Source: an uncultured Candidatus Rokubacteria bacterium
Lineage (GTDB): Bacteria; Methylomirabilota; Methylomirabilia; Rokubacteriales; CSP1-6
Direction: 5' to 3'
DNA: 64,000 nucleotides
Assembly: GCA_963754315.1 (NCBI GenBank)
Contig: CAVWFS010000001.1
Span: 32,001 to 96,000 of the forward strand
The notes beneath the pieces were generated by a model, which worked only from the letters and a program-made list of their open reading frames with translations, was not told the origin of the DNA and ran no database searches. The translations under genes were made by a program, and so were the position numbers. Below, in pieces: positions 19,476 through 29,473 of this stretch; the first letter of the stretch is position 1, and every line of letters begins with the position of its first letter.

Positions 19476-20831
19476 TCAAAAGGACCGGATCAGGCGATCG
19501 ACCCGTTCGTCGTGGGACTGAAACGGATCCTTGCAGAGGATAGTCTCGCGTTCAGGGTCGTTGAGCTTCAGATAGACCCAGTCCACCCGGTAGTCTTTGC
19601 CCTTGAGGTTGGCCTGACGGATGAACTCACCGCGCAGGCGGGCGCGCGTCGTCTGTGGAGGCATATGCTTGGCGCGCTCGATGGTCTCGTCGTCGGTGAT
19701 CCGGTCGACCATATCGTTGGCAGCCAGCTTGTAGTAGATCCCGCGGTCCGGGCGAATGTCGTGGTACTGCAGATCGATGAGGCTGATCTTGGGATCCCGC
19801 CACGACAGCCGGTTCTTCTCCATGAACCGGTTGAGGAGATCGCGCTTGATCACCCAATCAAGCTCCCGATTGAGCTGCATGGGGTCGGAAGCCAGCTGCT
19901 CCAGGACATCGGTCCAGCGGGCCAAGACGTCCCGGGTCACCTCGTCGGCGTCGATGCTCGCCACGTAGCGGGTGGCGTACTCCAAGTATTCGAACTGGAG
20001 CTGCAGCGCGGAGATGGCGCGGCCGTCCTTGAGCTTGACCGTTTCGTGGAGGGCGGGATCATGCGAGATGTCCCGGATAGCCTGCACGGGGGACTGCAGA
20101 GAATAGTCCCGGTCGAAGAAGCCATCCTCGATCATGTCGAGGACGAGGGCGGTGGTGCCGATCTTGAGAAAGGTGGCCAGCTCCGACATGTTGGAGTCGC
20201 CCACGATGACGTGCAATCGCCGGTAGCGCTCGGCGTCGGCGTGGGGTTCATCTCGGGTGTTGATGATCGACCGTGATGAGGTGGTCGCTCCCGAGATTTC
20301 CTGACAGATGTGCTGGGCCCGCTGGGAGAGACAGTAGTGGAAGCCGCGGGGGGTCTGGAGCACTTTACCCGCCCCGGCAAAGATCTGGCGGGTGACGAAG
20401 AAGGGAATGAGAGCCTCGGCCAGCCGCTGGAAACTCACGTCGCGGCTCACCAGGTAGTTCTCGTGACAGCCGTAGGAATTGCCAGCCGAGTCCGTGTTGT
20501 TCTTGAAGAGGAGGATGTTGCCGGAGATGCCGTCCTCACGCAGGCGCTTCTCGGCCTGGTGCAGCAGGTCCTCGACGATCCGCTCCCCCGCCTTGTCGTG
20601 GATGACAAGCTCGGCGACGTCGTCGCACTCCGGCGTCGCGTATTCCGGGTGAAAGCCGGTGTCGAGGTAGAGGCGGGCACCATTTTCCAGGAACACGTTG
20701 GCGTTGCGGGCTCCGGGAATGACCTTCTCGAACAGATAGCGAGCAACGTTATCGGGTGAGAGTCGCCGCTGACCGTTCAGGGTGCAGGTGAGGCCGTACT
20801 CATTCTCGAGACCGAAGATTCGCCGCTTCAT
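19476..20831 (-). CDS. pafA: Pup-protein ligase
   Basis: [65 protein letters not shown]. Confidence 0.93.
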   Translation of the reverse strand: MKRRIFGLENEYGLTCTLNGQRRLSPDNVARYLFEKVIPGARNANVFLENGARLYLDTGFHPEYATPECDDVAELVIHDKAGERIVEDLLHQAEKRLREDGISGNILLFKNNTDSAGNSYGCHENYLVSRDVSFQRLAEALIPFFVTRQIFAGAGKVLQTPRGFHYCLSQRAQHICQEISGATTSSRSIINTRDEPHADAERYRRLHVIVGDSNMSELATFLKIGTTALVLDMIEDGFFDRDYSLQSPVQAIRDISHDPALHETVKLKDGRAISALQLQFEYLEYATRYVASIDADEVTRDVLARWTDVLEQLASDPMQLNRELDWVIKRDLLNRFMEKNRLSWRDPKISLIDLQYHDIRPDRGIYYKLAANDMVDRITDDETIERAKHMPPQTTRARLRGEFIRQANLKGKDYRVDWVYLKLNDPERETILCKDPFQSHDERVDRLIRSF

Positions 20832-20854
20832 GGTGGATCTAAGCCTAACACGGT

Positions 20855-21547
20855 CTAGCGCGAGGATGCCAACAGTTGGCTGAGCGCCTCCACGGTGATG
20901 CGGCGAAAGGTGCGCCGGGGCCGCGTGCGATCGAGCACGGCCACTTCGAGGTCCTTCTCACTCAGGGGCTTGTTCTGGGTGACGGTGAGCGCGCGGACGC
21001 CGAGCTGGAGGGCGTCGGCCAGCGGCAGGTTCTCTCGGTAGTTATCGCGCAGAAAGCGTCGGATGTCCTCGGCCTGGCCCCCCATGGCCGCGAAGTTGCG
21101 CTCGTCCTCGATGGTGCCATCGTAGAGGATGTGGTACATCTCGCTGCGCATCCCGTTACCGTGGGCCACCTCGGCCACCAGCACCTCCACCTCGAAGGGC
21201 TTGATGTCCTGAGTAAAGATGTTCCCGAGGGCTTGCGAGTACGCGTTGGCCAGGGCTTTGGCCGTCACGTCGCCACGGCTGTAGGAGTAACCCTTGACGT
21301 CGGCGTGCCGGATGCCCGCGATACGGAGATTCTCGAACTCGTTGTACTTGCCCACCCCGGCGAAGGCAATGCGATCGTAGATCTCCGAGATCTTGTGGAG
21401 CAACGTGGAGGGATTCTCGGCCACAAGCAGGATGCCGTCCTGGTACTCGAGCACGACGATGGACCGGCCACGGGAGATGCCCTTGCGGGCATACTCCGCC
21501 TTGTCTTTCATCATCTGCTCGGGACTCACGTAGTACGGCAGGGGCAT
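20855..21547 (-). CDS. prcA: 20S proteasome alpha subunit (actinobacterial type)
   Basis: [45 protein letters not shown]. Confidence 0.95.
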   Translation of the reverse strand: MPLPYYVSPEQMMKDKAEYARKGISRGRSIVVLEYQDGILLVAENPSTLLHKISEIYDRIAFAGVGKYNEFENLRIAGIRHADVKGYSYSRGDVTAKALANAYSQALGNIFTQDIKPFEVEVLVAEVAHGNGMRSEMYHILYDGTIEDERNFAAMGGQAEDIRRFLRDNYRENLPLADALQLGVRALTVTQNKPLSEKDLEVAVLDRTRPRRTFRRITVEALSQLLASSR

Positions 21548-21551
21548 GCGC

Positions 21552-22358
21552 TCAGGCTCCTCCCTCGAGACGGCGCCGCTCGTTGGTAATCGTGTCGTAG
21601 GTTCGGCGAATGTCGTCTTCAGAGACCTCTTGGAAGCCGGCCAGGGTGATGGTCTTCACGGTCGGGAAGATGCCGCGCACGAGATCGGGGCCGCCCGTCC
21701 CGACATCCTCGTCAGCGGCGTCCCACAAGGCCTCGAGGGCGATTCGCAACCCGTCCTCCTGGGTGGCGTCCCGTCGCCACAGCTTCTTGAGCGAGTCCCG
21801 GGCGTCCTTGGAGCCCGAACCCTGAGCTTCGTAGTTGGTCTCCTCGTAGCGTCCGCCCGTCACGTCGTACTTGAACAATCGGCCCACCCCCGCCTTCTCG
21901 TCGAAGCCAGCAAAGATGGGAACCACCACCAGGCCCTGCATGGCGGCGGGCAGATTCATGCGCACCATCTGGCCTAGACGGTTGGCTTTGCCTTCCAGGG
22001 AGAGGTTTTCTCCCTCGACCTTTTCGTAGTGCTCGAGCTCCGTCTGGAAGAGTTTGGCCATCTCCATCGCGGGGCCGGCCGCCCCCGCGATGCCCACCCC
22101 GGACAGCTCGTCGGACTTGAAGATCTTCTCCATGCGCCGGCTCGCTACCTGGAAACCCGAGGTAGCCTGTCGGTCACCCGCCATGATGACACCGTCCCGG
22201 TAACGGATGGCAAGGACGGTAGTCCCATGCGGGACCTCGACAGCCGCCGCCGCGTACCCCGCGACATCAGGCAGCAGCTGAGGGGCCTGCCGTCTCAACA
22301 CGTCGAGGAAGCTCGAGCTGGCGTAGTCGTGGAAGCGTGAGAGCCAGTGGGGGTCCAT
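21552..22358 (-). CDS. prcB: 20S proteasome beta subunit with propeptide
   Basis: SSSFLDVL propeptide, PHG|TT autoprocessing site, AGDRQAT, GSGS, DAADEDVGTGGPD. Confidence 0.95.
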   Translation of the reverse strand: MDPHWLSRFHDYASSSFLDVLRRQAPQLLPDVAGYAAAAVEVPHGTTVLAIRYRDGVIMAGDRQATSGFQVASRRMEKIFKSDELSGVGIAGAAGPAMEMAKLFQTELEHYEKVEGENLSLEGKANRLGQMVRMNLPAAMQGLVVVPIFAGFDEKAGVGRLFKYDVTGGRYEETNYEAQGSGSKDARDSLKKLWRRDATQEDGLRIALEALWDAADEDVGTGGPDLVRGIFPTVKTITLAGFQEVSEDDIRRTYDTITNERRRLEGGA

Positions 22359-22363
22359 GGCCC

Positions 22364-23860
22364 TCAGGGCGTGGTCTTGGCGGAGATGTTGCGGAGCAAA
22401 GCGCTGGCCGTGGGCGACTCGGTGAGGAGCTGACGCACGTGGGCTTCGGTGCCCCGGAGAGGCTCCAGCATGAAGATCTTCTTGAGGGGACCCTCCTTGA
22501 GGTCGAAGATGACCGAATCCCAGCTGGCAGAGACGATCTCGTCCGAATACCGCTGCAGGCACATCCCCCGGAAGTAGGCGCGGGTATCTTTGGGCGGATC
22601 GTAGATGGCCTTGGAGATCTCGTCGTCGGTGACGAGTCGCTCCACCGCCTCCGCTTCTTCCAACTTGGCGTAGAGCCCTCGCCCGGGCCGGATGTCGTGA
22701 TACTGCAGGTCAATCATCTGCACACGGGAGTCGTTCCAGTCGAGCCCGTGCTTATCCATGTAGGTCTCGAGGAGCTGGCGCTTGATGACCCAGTCCAGCT
22801 CCCGGCCGAGTTGCATGGGATCCTCGGCCAGGCGGTCAAGTACGCGCTCCCAGCGAGCCAACACCTCGCGCACCCACGGCTCCTGCTCGCGGTCGCGATA
22901 GTAGCGGTACGCGAGGGCGAGGAACTCGCGCTGCAGGTCGATGGGACTCAGGCGCCGACCGTCCTTCAGACGGATGGGTTCCCGACACGTCAGGTCCCGC
23001 GATACTGTCCGATAGGCGGCCACCGGACCGTCCAGGGACAGGTCGACGTCGACGAAGTCGTCCTCCACCATGCTGAGCACGATGGCCATTGTGCCCGTCT
23101 TGAGGTAGTTGGACGGTTCCGCCATGTTCGCGTCGCCCACGATGACGTGCAGGCGCCGGTACTTCTCGGGATCGGCGTGCGGCTCGTCACGCGTGTTGAT
23201 GATGGGGCGGGAGTGCATCGTCTCCAACCCCACTTCTGTTTCCAGGAAATCTGCGCGCTGCGAGATCTGGTAGTCGCACGATTCGGTTCCGTTCTCCGCC
23301 CCCACCTTGCCCGCCCCCGTGAAGATCTGACGGGTGACGAAGAACGGCATCATGTGCTGGACGATGCGGGCGAAGGGGACCTTGCGATCCATCAGGTAGT
23401 TCTCGTGCGTCCCGTAGGAATTGCCCTTGCCGTCCGTGTTGTTCTTGTAGATCAGGATGCGCTGCTCGGGGGGCGACACCGCTTCCGCGCGCTGGCGCGC
23501 CAGGTTGAGGATGCGCTCGCCCGCCCGGTCCCAGATGACGAGATCGCGTGGATTGGTCGTCTCCGGACTCGAGTACTCCGGGTGGGCGTGATCGACGTAG
23601 AAGCGCGCCCCGTTGGAGAGAATGAGATTGATGAGGCGCGACTCCTCCTTGGACGGGCCGTCCTTCTCCTCCATGTACTCGAAGCCGCGCGCGTCGCGGA
23701 GCGGGCTCTCCGCCTCGTAGTCCCACCGGATGCGCGAAGACCGGTACGTCTCGTATGAGTTGATCAACAGCAAGGAGGACAGAATCGGGTTGAAATCGGG
23801 CTGATTTCTGACGGTGATCCCGTACTCCGTCTCGATACCCATGACTTTCGGGATGGCCAT
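22364..23860 (-). CDS. dop: Pup deamidase/depupylase
   Basis: KVMGIETEYGI, NGARFYVDHAHPEYSSPE, QRADFLETEVGLET, ASWDSVIFD, EPLRGT. Confidence 0.93.
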   Translation of the reverse strand: MAIPKVMGIETEYGITVRNQPDFNPILSSLLLINSYETYRSSRIRWDYEAESPLRDARGFEYMEEKDGPSKEESRLINLILSNGARFYVDHAHPEYSSPETTNPRDLVIWDRAGERILNLARQRAEAVSPPEQRILIYKNNTDGKGNSYGTHENYLMDRKVPFARIVQHMMPFFVTRQIFTGAGKVGAENGTESCDYQISQRADFLETEVGLETMHSRPIINTRDEPHADPEKYRRLHVIVGDANMAEPSNYLKTGTMAIVLSMVEDDFVDVDLSLDGPVAAYRTVSRDLTCREPIRLKDGRRLSPIDLQREFLALAYRYYRDREQEPWVREVLARWERVLDRLAEDPMQLGRELDWVIKRQLLETYMDKHGLDWNDSRVQMIDLQYHDIRPGRGLYAKLEEAEAVERLVTDDEISKAIYDPPKDTRAYFRGMCLQRYSDEIVSASWDSVIFDLKEGPLKKIFMLEPLRGTEAHVRQLLTESPTASALLRNISAKTTP

Positions 23861-23880
23861 GCGCCCCTCGTCTTCCGTCT

Positions 23881-23955
23881 ACAGAAAGGAACCCCCCGGT
23901 TGTCGCGTCGAACGCGAGCCGGGGGGAATTGGGGGGGCGCCGCGCCCCCCCAATC
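23881..23955 (-). terminator. Two GC hairpins between arc and dop; the second is followed by a U-rich tract
   Basis: Minus strand ATTGGGGGGGCGCGGCGCCCCCCCAAT, then CCCCCCGG...CCGGGGGG-TTCCTTTCTGT. Confidence 0.5.
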
Positions 23956-25773
23956 TCACAGATATTGGCCGGTGTTGACGACCTTTTCCACGCTGCGCTG
24001 CTTTTCCTTCGACTCCCCCATGAGAGGCTTCACGTAGACGATCCGCTCGCCTTTCTTGCCGGCAATCTTGGCCCAGTCGTCGGGGTTGGTGGTATTGGGC
24101 AGGTCTTCGTTCTCCTTGAACTCCTCGCGCACGGCGGTGAGCAGATCGTCGAGCCCCACCCCCTTCACCCCGCTGCCGATGTAGCGCTTGAGGGCCAGCT
24201 TCTTGGCCCGCCGCACGACCGACTCGATCATCGCCCCCGAGGAAAAGTCCTTGAAGTACAGAACTTCCTTGTCCCCGTTGGCGTAGGTGACCTCCAGGAA
24301 GCGGTTCTCCTCCGACAGGGCGTACATCCCCTCCACCGTCGTGGCAATCATGGCCCCGATGGCCCCTTGCACGTCCCCCCCGTGCTCCTTGATCTCTGCC
24401 GCTGCGATCGGAATCTCCCCCGTGAGGTACTTCAGGAAGATGTCGGTGGCGGCCCCCTTGTCGGGCCGCTCGATCTTGATCTTCACGTCCAGCCGCCCCG
24501 GCCGCAGAATGGCCGGGTCGATCAGGTCCTGCCGGTTGGAGGCCCCGATCACGATCACGTTCTTCAGCCCCTCCACCCCGTCGATCTCGGCCAGCAGCTG
24601 GGGCACGATGGTCGTCTCCACGTCCGAGGAGATTCCCGTCCCCCGCGTCCGGAACAGCGCGTCCATCTCGTCGAAGAACACCACCACCGGCACGTCATCG
24701 GCCGCCTTCTCCTTGGCCTTGACGAAGATCTCCCGGATCTTCCGCTCCGTCTCCCCCACGTACTTGTTGAGCAGCTCGGGCCCCTTGATGTTCAGGAAGT
24801 ACCCCTTGATCTTCTCCCCGCGCTTCTCCGAGATCTTCTCGGCCAAGTTGTTGGCCACCGCCTTGGCGATCATCGTCTTGCCGCAGCCGGGCGGCCCGTA
24901 CAGCAACACGCCCTTGGGCGGCGTCAGCTTGTGCTCCTTGTAGTAGTCCGCGTACAGATACGGGAGCTCCACCGCATCCTTGATCGACTCGATCTGCGTA
25001 CTCAACCCCCCGATGTCGTCGTACCCGATGTCGGGCACTTCCTCCAGCGACAGGTCCTCCACCTCGCTCTTGGGCAGCTTCTCCAGCAGGTAGCCCGACT
25101 TGGCGTCCATCAGTAGGTGGTCGCCCACCTTCAGCCGCAAGCTCCGCAGCGGGTCGGCGATGATCCCCACCTTGTCCTCGTCCGCCCGCAACGTCACCAC
25201 GGCCCGCTCCGGGTCCAGCTGCTCCTTGAGAATCACCACCTCACCCTGGATCTCGTACCCTGCCGCCTCCACCACGTTCAGCCCCTCGTTCAGGATCAGC
25301 TCTTGCCCCGGCTTGAGCCCCTCCACCTTGATGGCCGGATGCAGGTTCACCTTCACCTTCCGCCCCTGGGCCAGGATGTTCACCGTGCCGTCCTCGTTTC
25401 CCGACAGGTACACCCCGTACGTCGACGGCGGCGCGCACAGCTTGTCCACTTCCTCCTTCAACGACGTGATCTGCTCCCGCGCCTCATAGAGCGCATTGAC
25501 GAGCTTCTCGTTCTGGTTGAAGGCCTGCACGAGCTGGCGGTTGGCCTCGCGCAGCTTGTTCTCGATGATCATGAATTCTTTGGGGGCTTCCTCGATCTTC
25601 TTGCGGAGGTGAACGGTCTCCCCCTCGAGGGAGCGGACATAGGACTGGAGATCTTGAAGCTGGATCTCGTATTCCGTGAGCCGGCGGCGCATGCTGGCGT
25701 CGGACATGGATGTGGGGAGAAACTTGGAAAGCCCCTCGCGACTCGGGCTACCCTTCTTCTCGAACTCCTTCAT
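23956..25773 (-). CDS. arc: Proteasome-associated ATPase ARC/Mpa
   Basis: N-terminal coiled coil, [39 protein letters not shown]-terminal GQYL docking motif. Confidence 0.96.
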   Translation of the reverse strand: MKEFEKKGSPSREGLSKFLPTSMSDASMRRRLTEYEIQLQDLQSYVRSLEGETVHLRKKIEEAPKEFMIIENKLREANRQLVQAFNQNEKLVNALYEAREQITSLKEEVDKLCAPPSTYGVYLSGNEDGTVNILAQGRKVKVNLHPAIKVEGLKPGQELILNEGLNVVEAAGYEIQGEVVILKEQLDPERAVVTLRADEDKVGIIADPLRSLRLKVGDHLLMDAKSGYLLEKLPKSEVEDLSLEEVPDIGYDDIGGLSTQIESIKDAVELPYLYADYYKEHKLTPPKGVLLYGPPGCGKTMIAKAVANNLAEKISEKRGEKIKGYFLNIKGPELLNKYVGETERKIREIFVKAKEKAADDVPVVVFFDEMDALFRTRGTGISSDVETTIVPQLLAEIDGVEGLKNVIVIGASNRQDLIDPAILRPGRLDVKIKIERPDKGAATDIFLKYLTGEIPIAAAEIKEHGGDVQGAIGAMIATTVEGMYALSEENRFLEVTYANGDKEVLYFKDFSSGAMIESVVRRAKKLALKRYIGSGVKGVGLDDLLTAVREEFKENEDLPNTTNPDDWAKIAGKKGERIVYVKPLMGESKEKQRSVEKVVNTGQYL

Positions 25774-25834
25774 AGCCCATCCTCTCTCGTCACTTCCCTG
25801 TGGGCCGCCGTTACGTCGATGCGCTCCTGCTCGA

Positions 25835-25864
25835 AGTATAGGGGGCGAGGAAAAAGAAAGTCAA
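25835..25864 (-). promoter_or_regulatory. Sigma-70 promoter of the proteasome operon
   Basis: Minus strand TTGACT-N18-TATACT about 60 nt upstream of the arc ATG. Confidence 0.7.
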
Positions 25865-26071
25865 GGTTGTCAGCCCACGATCTGCTTGAATTGCCGACAC
25901 TTTTTCCTCTTTCCTCCCGACGCCCACGCTCGCGTTCGTCCCCAGAGGGGCCGTGGTACCACTCACGGCCTGTGAATGACCCAGAGCAAGTCCCATTCCC
26001 TGGCGGACACCTCACCTCGTGTGAGCGGAAACGAGTAGCGCGTACTCCAGGTTCCACGTATAACAGTGCCG

Positions 26072-27619
26072 ATGTTGCAGGGGCGATCCGGCCTGGTCGC
26101 AGGTCTCGTGCTGCTCGTTATTTTCGCATTCCTGTCCGATTCTGGCGCGCAAACACGCCGCGAGCTGCGGGTCGGTGTGGCTGGCGTTCCCACGAACCTC
26201 GATCCCGGGATCGCCATCTCGGGCGCCGTCCCTCTGATTGCGCGCCAGGTGTTCGATACCTTGGTGACCTACACCCTCACCTCGACGGACATCGAGCCCG
26301 CCCTTGCCACCCGCTGGAGCGTTTCACGAGACGGGCTCACCTGGTCGTTTACCCTCCGCTCCGGCGTCCGCTTTCACGATGGAACTCTGCTCACGGCCGC
26401 GGAGGTGGCGGATAGCTTCGCCCGTCAGCTCAGCCGAGACGGCGGCGTGGCACCTGTGCGTCCGGTGTGGGCTGCGCTCTTGCGGGGGGTTCCGGGTGTC
26501 GTGCGGGAGGTCCGTGCCTCCGATGCCCGAACCATCCAGGTCACCCTGAGTCAGCCCTATGCGCCGCTCCTGACTGTCCTGGCCCACCCGGGCTTCGCGG
26601 TGGTCAAGAGTGGCACCGGGCCCGACGGGGTTCCGCGGCTCCTTGGATCGGGACCGTATCGCGTCAGCGAGGTCGCACCCGGTCGCATGGTGCTCGAGGC
26701 GCAGCCCAACCACTGGTCGGGCGGGCCGCGTACCGAACGGATCGTGTTCATGGACGTCGGGAACGACGAGCGCGCCGAGGCCGATCTCGATGCCCAGACT
26801 CTGGACGCCTGGTTCCCGTCGGGACCGCCCCGGCGCAGCGAGGGCGCTCTCTCGATCCCGGGCCCTCGCGTTGGCTACCTCAGCTTTCAGGCTGATCACG
26901 AGCCGTTTCTGCGCAGGAGGATCAGGCAGGCGGTGGCGGCTGGCCTCGATCCGGCAGCTCTCGGAGCGGTCATGGATCGCGCGGCCATCCCACTGCAGTC
27001 CTTTCTTCCTCCCGGGGTGTGGGCCAGGCGTGAGGGATCACCGATCCTGAGCGGCCACCGGCAGGCGGCCAAGAAGCTCCTGGCCGAGGGCGGGTGGCCC
27101 CGGGGGTACAAGTCCACCCTGGTCGTACGTCCCATCGATGGTGCGCTCAATATTCAGCGAGTCGCGGGGACGATCGTGGCGAATCTCGGTGCTGTCGACA
27201 TCCCGGTGCAAGTGCGGGCCGAGGCCGCGGGGGAGCCACGGGTCCAGATGGCCAGCGGCAGCGCCATGTTACTCGCCGAGGCGGTGGTGCTCGGAGGCGA
27301 TCCTCATTTGTTGCTCTTCCCGCTATCAACGCGAGACGGGCAACGCTCGCCTCGGCGCGAGAGCTATTCCCTCTCACGCAACGCGACGCTCGACGATGTG
27401 CTGATCCGGGCAAGTCAGCTGTCCTTCCGACCCGAGCGTCAGCGTCTCTACCAGCGGGCCCAGGCCATGCTGGCTGAGGAGTTGCCATGGATCCCGATCT
27501 ACGTCCGCTTGGAGTGGGCGGTGCTTCGGCCGGACGTGCGGGGTCTGCGGCTTCACCCGAGCGGCATCCATCGGCTCGATACCGTGTCGGTGGACGGCCG
27601 CGTCACCGGCGCTCGCTAG
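26072..27619 (+). CDS. Family-5 (peptide/nickel) solute-binding protein, divergent, with no permease nearby
   Basis: Signal peptide; LDP, VFDTLV, EPALATRWSVSRDGLTWSFTLRSGVRFHDG. Confidence 0.88.
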   Translation: MLQGRSGLVAGLVLLVIFAFLSDSGAQTRRELRVGVAGVPTNLDPGIAISGAVPLIARQVFDTLVTYTLTSTDIEPALATRWSVSRDGLTWSFTLRSGVRFHDGTLLTAAEVADSFARQLSRDGGVAPVRPVWAALLRGVPGVVREVRASDARTIQVTLSQPYAPLLTVLAHPGFAVVKSGTGPDGVPRLLGSGPYRVSEVAPGRMVLEAQPNHWSGGPRTERIVFMDVGNDERAEADLDAQTLDAWFPSGPPRRSEGALSIPGPRVGYLSFQADHEPFLRRRIRQAVAAGLDPAALGAVMDRAAIPLQSFLPPGVWARREGSPILSGHRQAAKKLLAEGGWPRGYKSTLVVRPIDGALNIQRVAGTIVANLGAVDIPVQVRAEAAGEPRVQMASGSAMLLAEAVVLGGDPHLLLFPLSTRDGQRSPRRESYSLSRNATLDDVLIRASQLSFRPERQRLYQRAQAMLAEELPWIPIYVRLEWAVLRPDVRGLRLHPSGIHRLDTVSVDGRVTGAR

Positions 27620-27631
27620 GGTTCAGGGGCC

Positions 27632-29044
27632 GTGGCGGGCCAAATGCGGGCCGAGAGTAGCCCCCTCCGGCCGGTGATCTTGGTCGTTGACGATGATCCG
27701 GGGGTGCGCGAATCCTTCCGGCTGATTCTCGACGACCACTACGACGTGCTCGACGCCGCCGACGGCCGGGGAGCGCTACAGGTCCTGCAGCGCTCCCCGA
27801 TCGATCTCGTCCTTCTCGACATCCGGATGCCCGAGATCGACGGGCTGCAGCTTCTCGCTCAGATCAAGGCGCTCGACGAGCAATTGGAGGTCGTGCTGGT
27901 CACCGCCGTGAAAACAGTGCGCACGGCCGTGGAGGCCATGAAGCTCGGTGCCTTCGACTACCTGACCAAGCCGTTCGACGAGGACGACCTGCTTACGGTC
28001 GTGCGTCGCGCCCTCGAACGGAGGTCGCTGGAGCGCGAAGTCGTGTTTCTCCGGTCCGAGCTGGCCCGTCAGCACGACTTCGACGAGTTGGTGGGCCAGC
28101 ATCCCGAGATGCAGAAGCTGTACCGCTTGATCGGGCAGGTGGCGCGAAATACGGCGACTGTCCTCATCGTGGGTGAAAGCGGGACCGGCAAGGAGATCGT
28201 GGCCCGTGCGATTCACCGCCAAGGCCCTCGGCGTGACCACCCCTTCGTGGCCGTCAACCCCGCCGCCATCCCCGAAACCCTGATCGAATCCGAGCTCTTT
28301 GGTCATGAGAAGGGCGCTTTCACCGGCGCTCATCAGCGCAAGGTCGGCAAGTTCGAGATGGCGGCGGGGGGGACCCTGTTCCTGGACGAGATCGGCACAC
28401 TGAAGCCCGAGTTGCAGGTGAAGCTCCTGCGCGTGCTCCAGGAACGGGAGATCGAGCGGGTCGGGGGGACCCAGGTCGTTCGCGCCGACGTGCGCATCCT
28501 GGCGGCAACCAACAGTGATTTGCGGCGTGCCGTGGCCACCGGCGCGTTCCGTGAGGACCTCTATTACCGACTGAACGTGGTGCGCATCCTGCTGCCTCCC
28601 CTGCGGGAACGGCGCGAAGACATTCCCCATCTGGTCGAGCATTTCGTTCGTCGCTACAATCACCAGTTCAGCAAGCGCATCGAAGGCATTTCACCGGAGG
28701 CGCTCGCCGTCCTCCACCGGTACTCCTGGCCCGGAAACGTCCGAGAACTCCAGAACATCGTCGAGCGCTCGGTGGCGCTGGTTGATGGCGGGATCATTGG
28801 GCCGAGTGATCTTCCCGTCGACTTGTTTCTTCCCGATCTGCGCGACTCGGTGCGTCACGCAGAGACCTTGCCCTTGCGCGAAGCCACCGACGAGTTCGAG
28901 CGCCAGATCGTGACCCGGGTCCTGCAGCGTGTGCGGTGGAATCAGAGTGAGGCGGCGCGTATCCTCGGCTTGCATCGCAACGTGCTGAAGGCCAAGCTCG
29001 CGCGCTGGGGGCTGGCGGGCTCGGGGCGCGAGGAGGCGCAGTGA
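27632..29044 (+). CDS. Sigma-54-dependent response regulator (REC-AAA+-HTH)
   Basis: [41 protein letters not shown]. Confidence 0.94.
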   Translation: MAGQMRAESSPLRPVILVVDDDPGVRESFRLILDDHYDVLDAADGRGALQVLQRSPIDLVLLDIRMPEIDGLQLLAQIKALDEQLEVVLVTAVKTVRTAVEAMKLGAFDYLTKPFDEDDLLTVVRRALERRSLEREVVFLRSELARQHDFDELVGQHPEMQKLYRLIGQVARNTATVLIVGESGTGKEIVARAIHRQGPRRDHPFVAVNPAAIPETLIESELFGHEKGAFTGAHQRKVGKFEMAAGGTLFLDEIGTLKPELQVKLLRVLQEREIERVGGTQVVRADVRILAATNSDLRRAVATGAFREDLYYRLNVVRILLPPLRERREDIPHLVEHFVRRYNHQFSKRIEGISPEALAVLHRYSWPGNVRELQNIVERSVALVDGGIIGPSDLPVDLFLPDLRDSVRHAETLPLREATDEFERQIVTRVLQRVRWNQSEAARILGLHRNVLKAKLARWGLAGSGREEAQ

Positions 29045-29045
29045 G

Positions 29046-29062
29046 CCGTGCATAGTGCACGG
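29046..29062. promoter_or_regulatory. Perfect palindrome; candidate enhancer (bEBP) binding site
   Basis: CCGTGCA-TAG-TGCACGG about 155 bp upstream of the sigma-54 site; could instead be a short terminator-like hairpin of the upstream gene. Confidence 0.4.
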
Positions 29063-29215
29063 ATCCGGGGCATCGCGTCAGCGCTCCTGCACCGGCGCGT
29101 GCTTGCGAGTGGCCCCGCCCCGCACTCGATCTAGCGTGCCTTTCCCTGTGCCAGCCGGGCGCGGACGTCGACTCGCTGAGCGCTCCTGAAATCAGCAGGT
29201 CCGCCACGGAGGCAT

Positions 29216-29230
29216 TGGCAGGAGACTTGC
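29216..29230 (+). promoter_or_regulatory. Sigma-54 (-24/-12) promoter
   Basis: TGGCAGGAGACTTGC has exact GG-N10-GC spacing and matches TGGCAC-N5-TTGC at all but one position. Confidence 0.8.
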
Positions 29231-29303
29231 CGGGAACTGCTCGCCCAGGGGGACGTCTCTGGTCCTTACGAGGTTGTAGTCCGAGAGGCGAAAGGAGCGA
29301 GGC

Positions 29304-29441
29304 ATGACGAAGCTGTGGACGGTTCTTCTGTTCATTGCGTCCTTTGTGCTGGTGGCTCCCGTGGTGGAATCCGGAACCTCCACCTCCCTGGGGGTCTTCG
29401 TCGCCGTCGGAAACGCCGAGTCCGGAGGGGGCGGAGAGTAG
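29304..29441 (+). CDS. Unannotated 45-aa putative exported peptide precursor ending ESGGGGE
   Basis: SD AAAGGAG 6 nt before ATG; MTKLWTVLLFIASFVLVAPVVESGTSTSLGVFVAVGNAESGGGGE*; directly downstream of the sigma-54 promoter. Confidence 0.75.
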   Translation: MTKLWTVLLFIASFVLVAPVVESGTSTSLGVFVAVGNAESGGGGE

Positions 29442-29473
29442 GGCGAAGTCGGTCGCTTCGACGAGTCGACGCC

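Noticed and set aside
22359..22562. N-terminal extension of prcB in the ORF track, as a possible Pup fusion
   Set aside because: It overlaps the conserved dop C-terminus in another frame and has no Pup features.
25770..26057. ORFs upstream of arc as pup/ubact candidates
   Set aside because: No GG[EQ] end and no Pup-like composition; they overlap the promoter.
29304..29441. Calling the GGE-ending ORF the missing pup
   Set aside because: It is hydrophobic with a signal-like N-terminus, lacks the acidic helical Pup region, and sits in a separate divergent unit. Kept only as a speculative note.
29315..29473. Arg-rich N-terminal extension of the second binding protein
   Set aside because: It is the off-frame reading of the 45-aa peptide gene, which has the SD; the SBP signal peptide begins near 29474.
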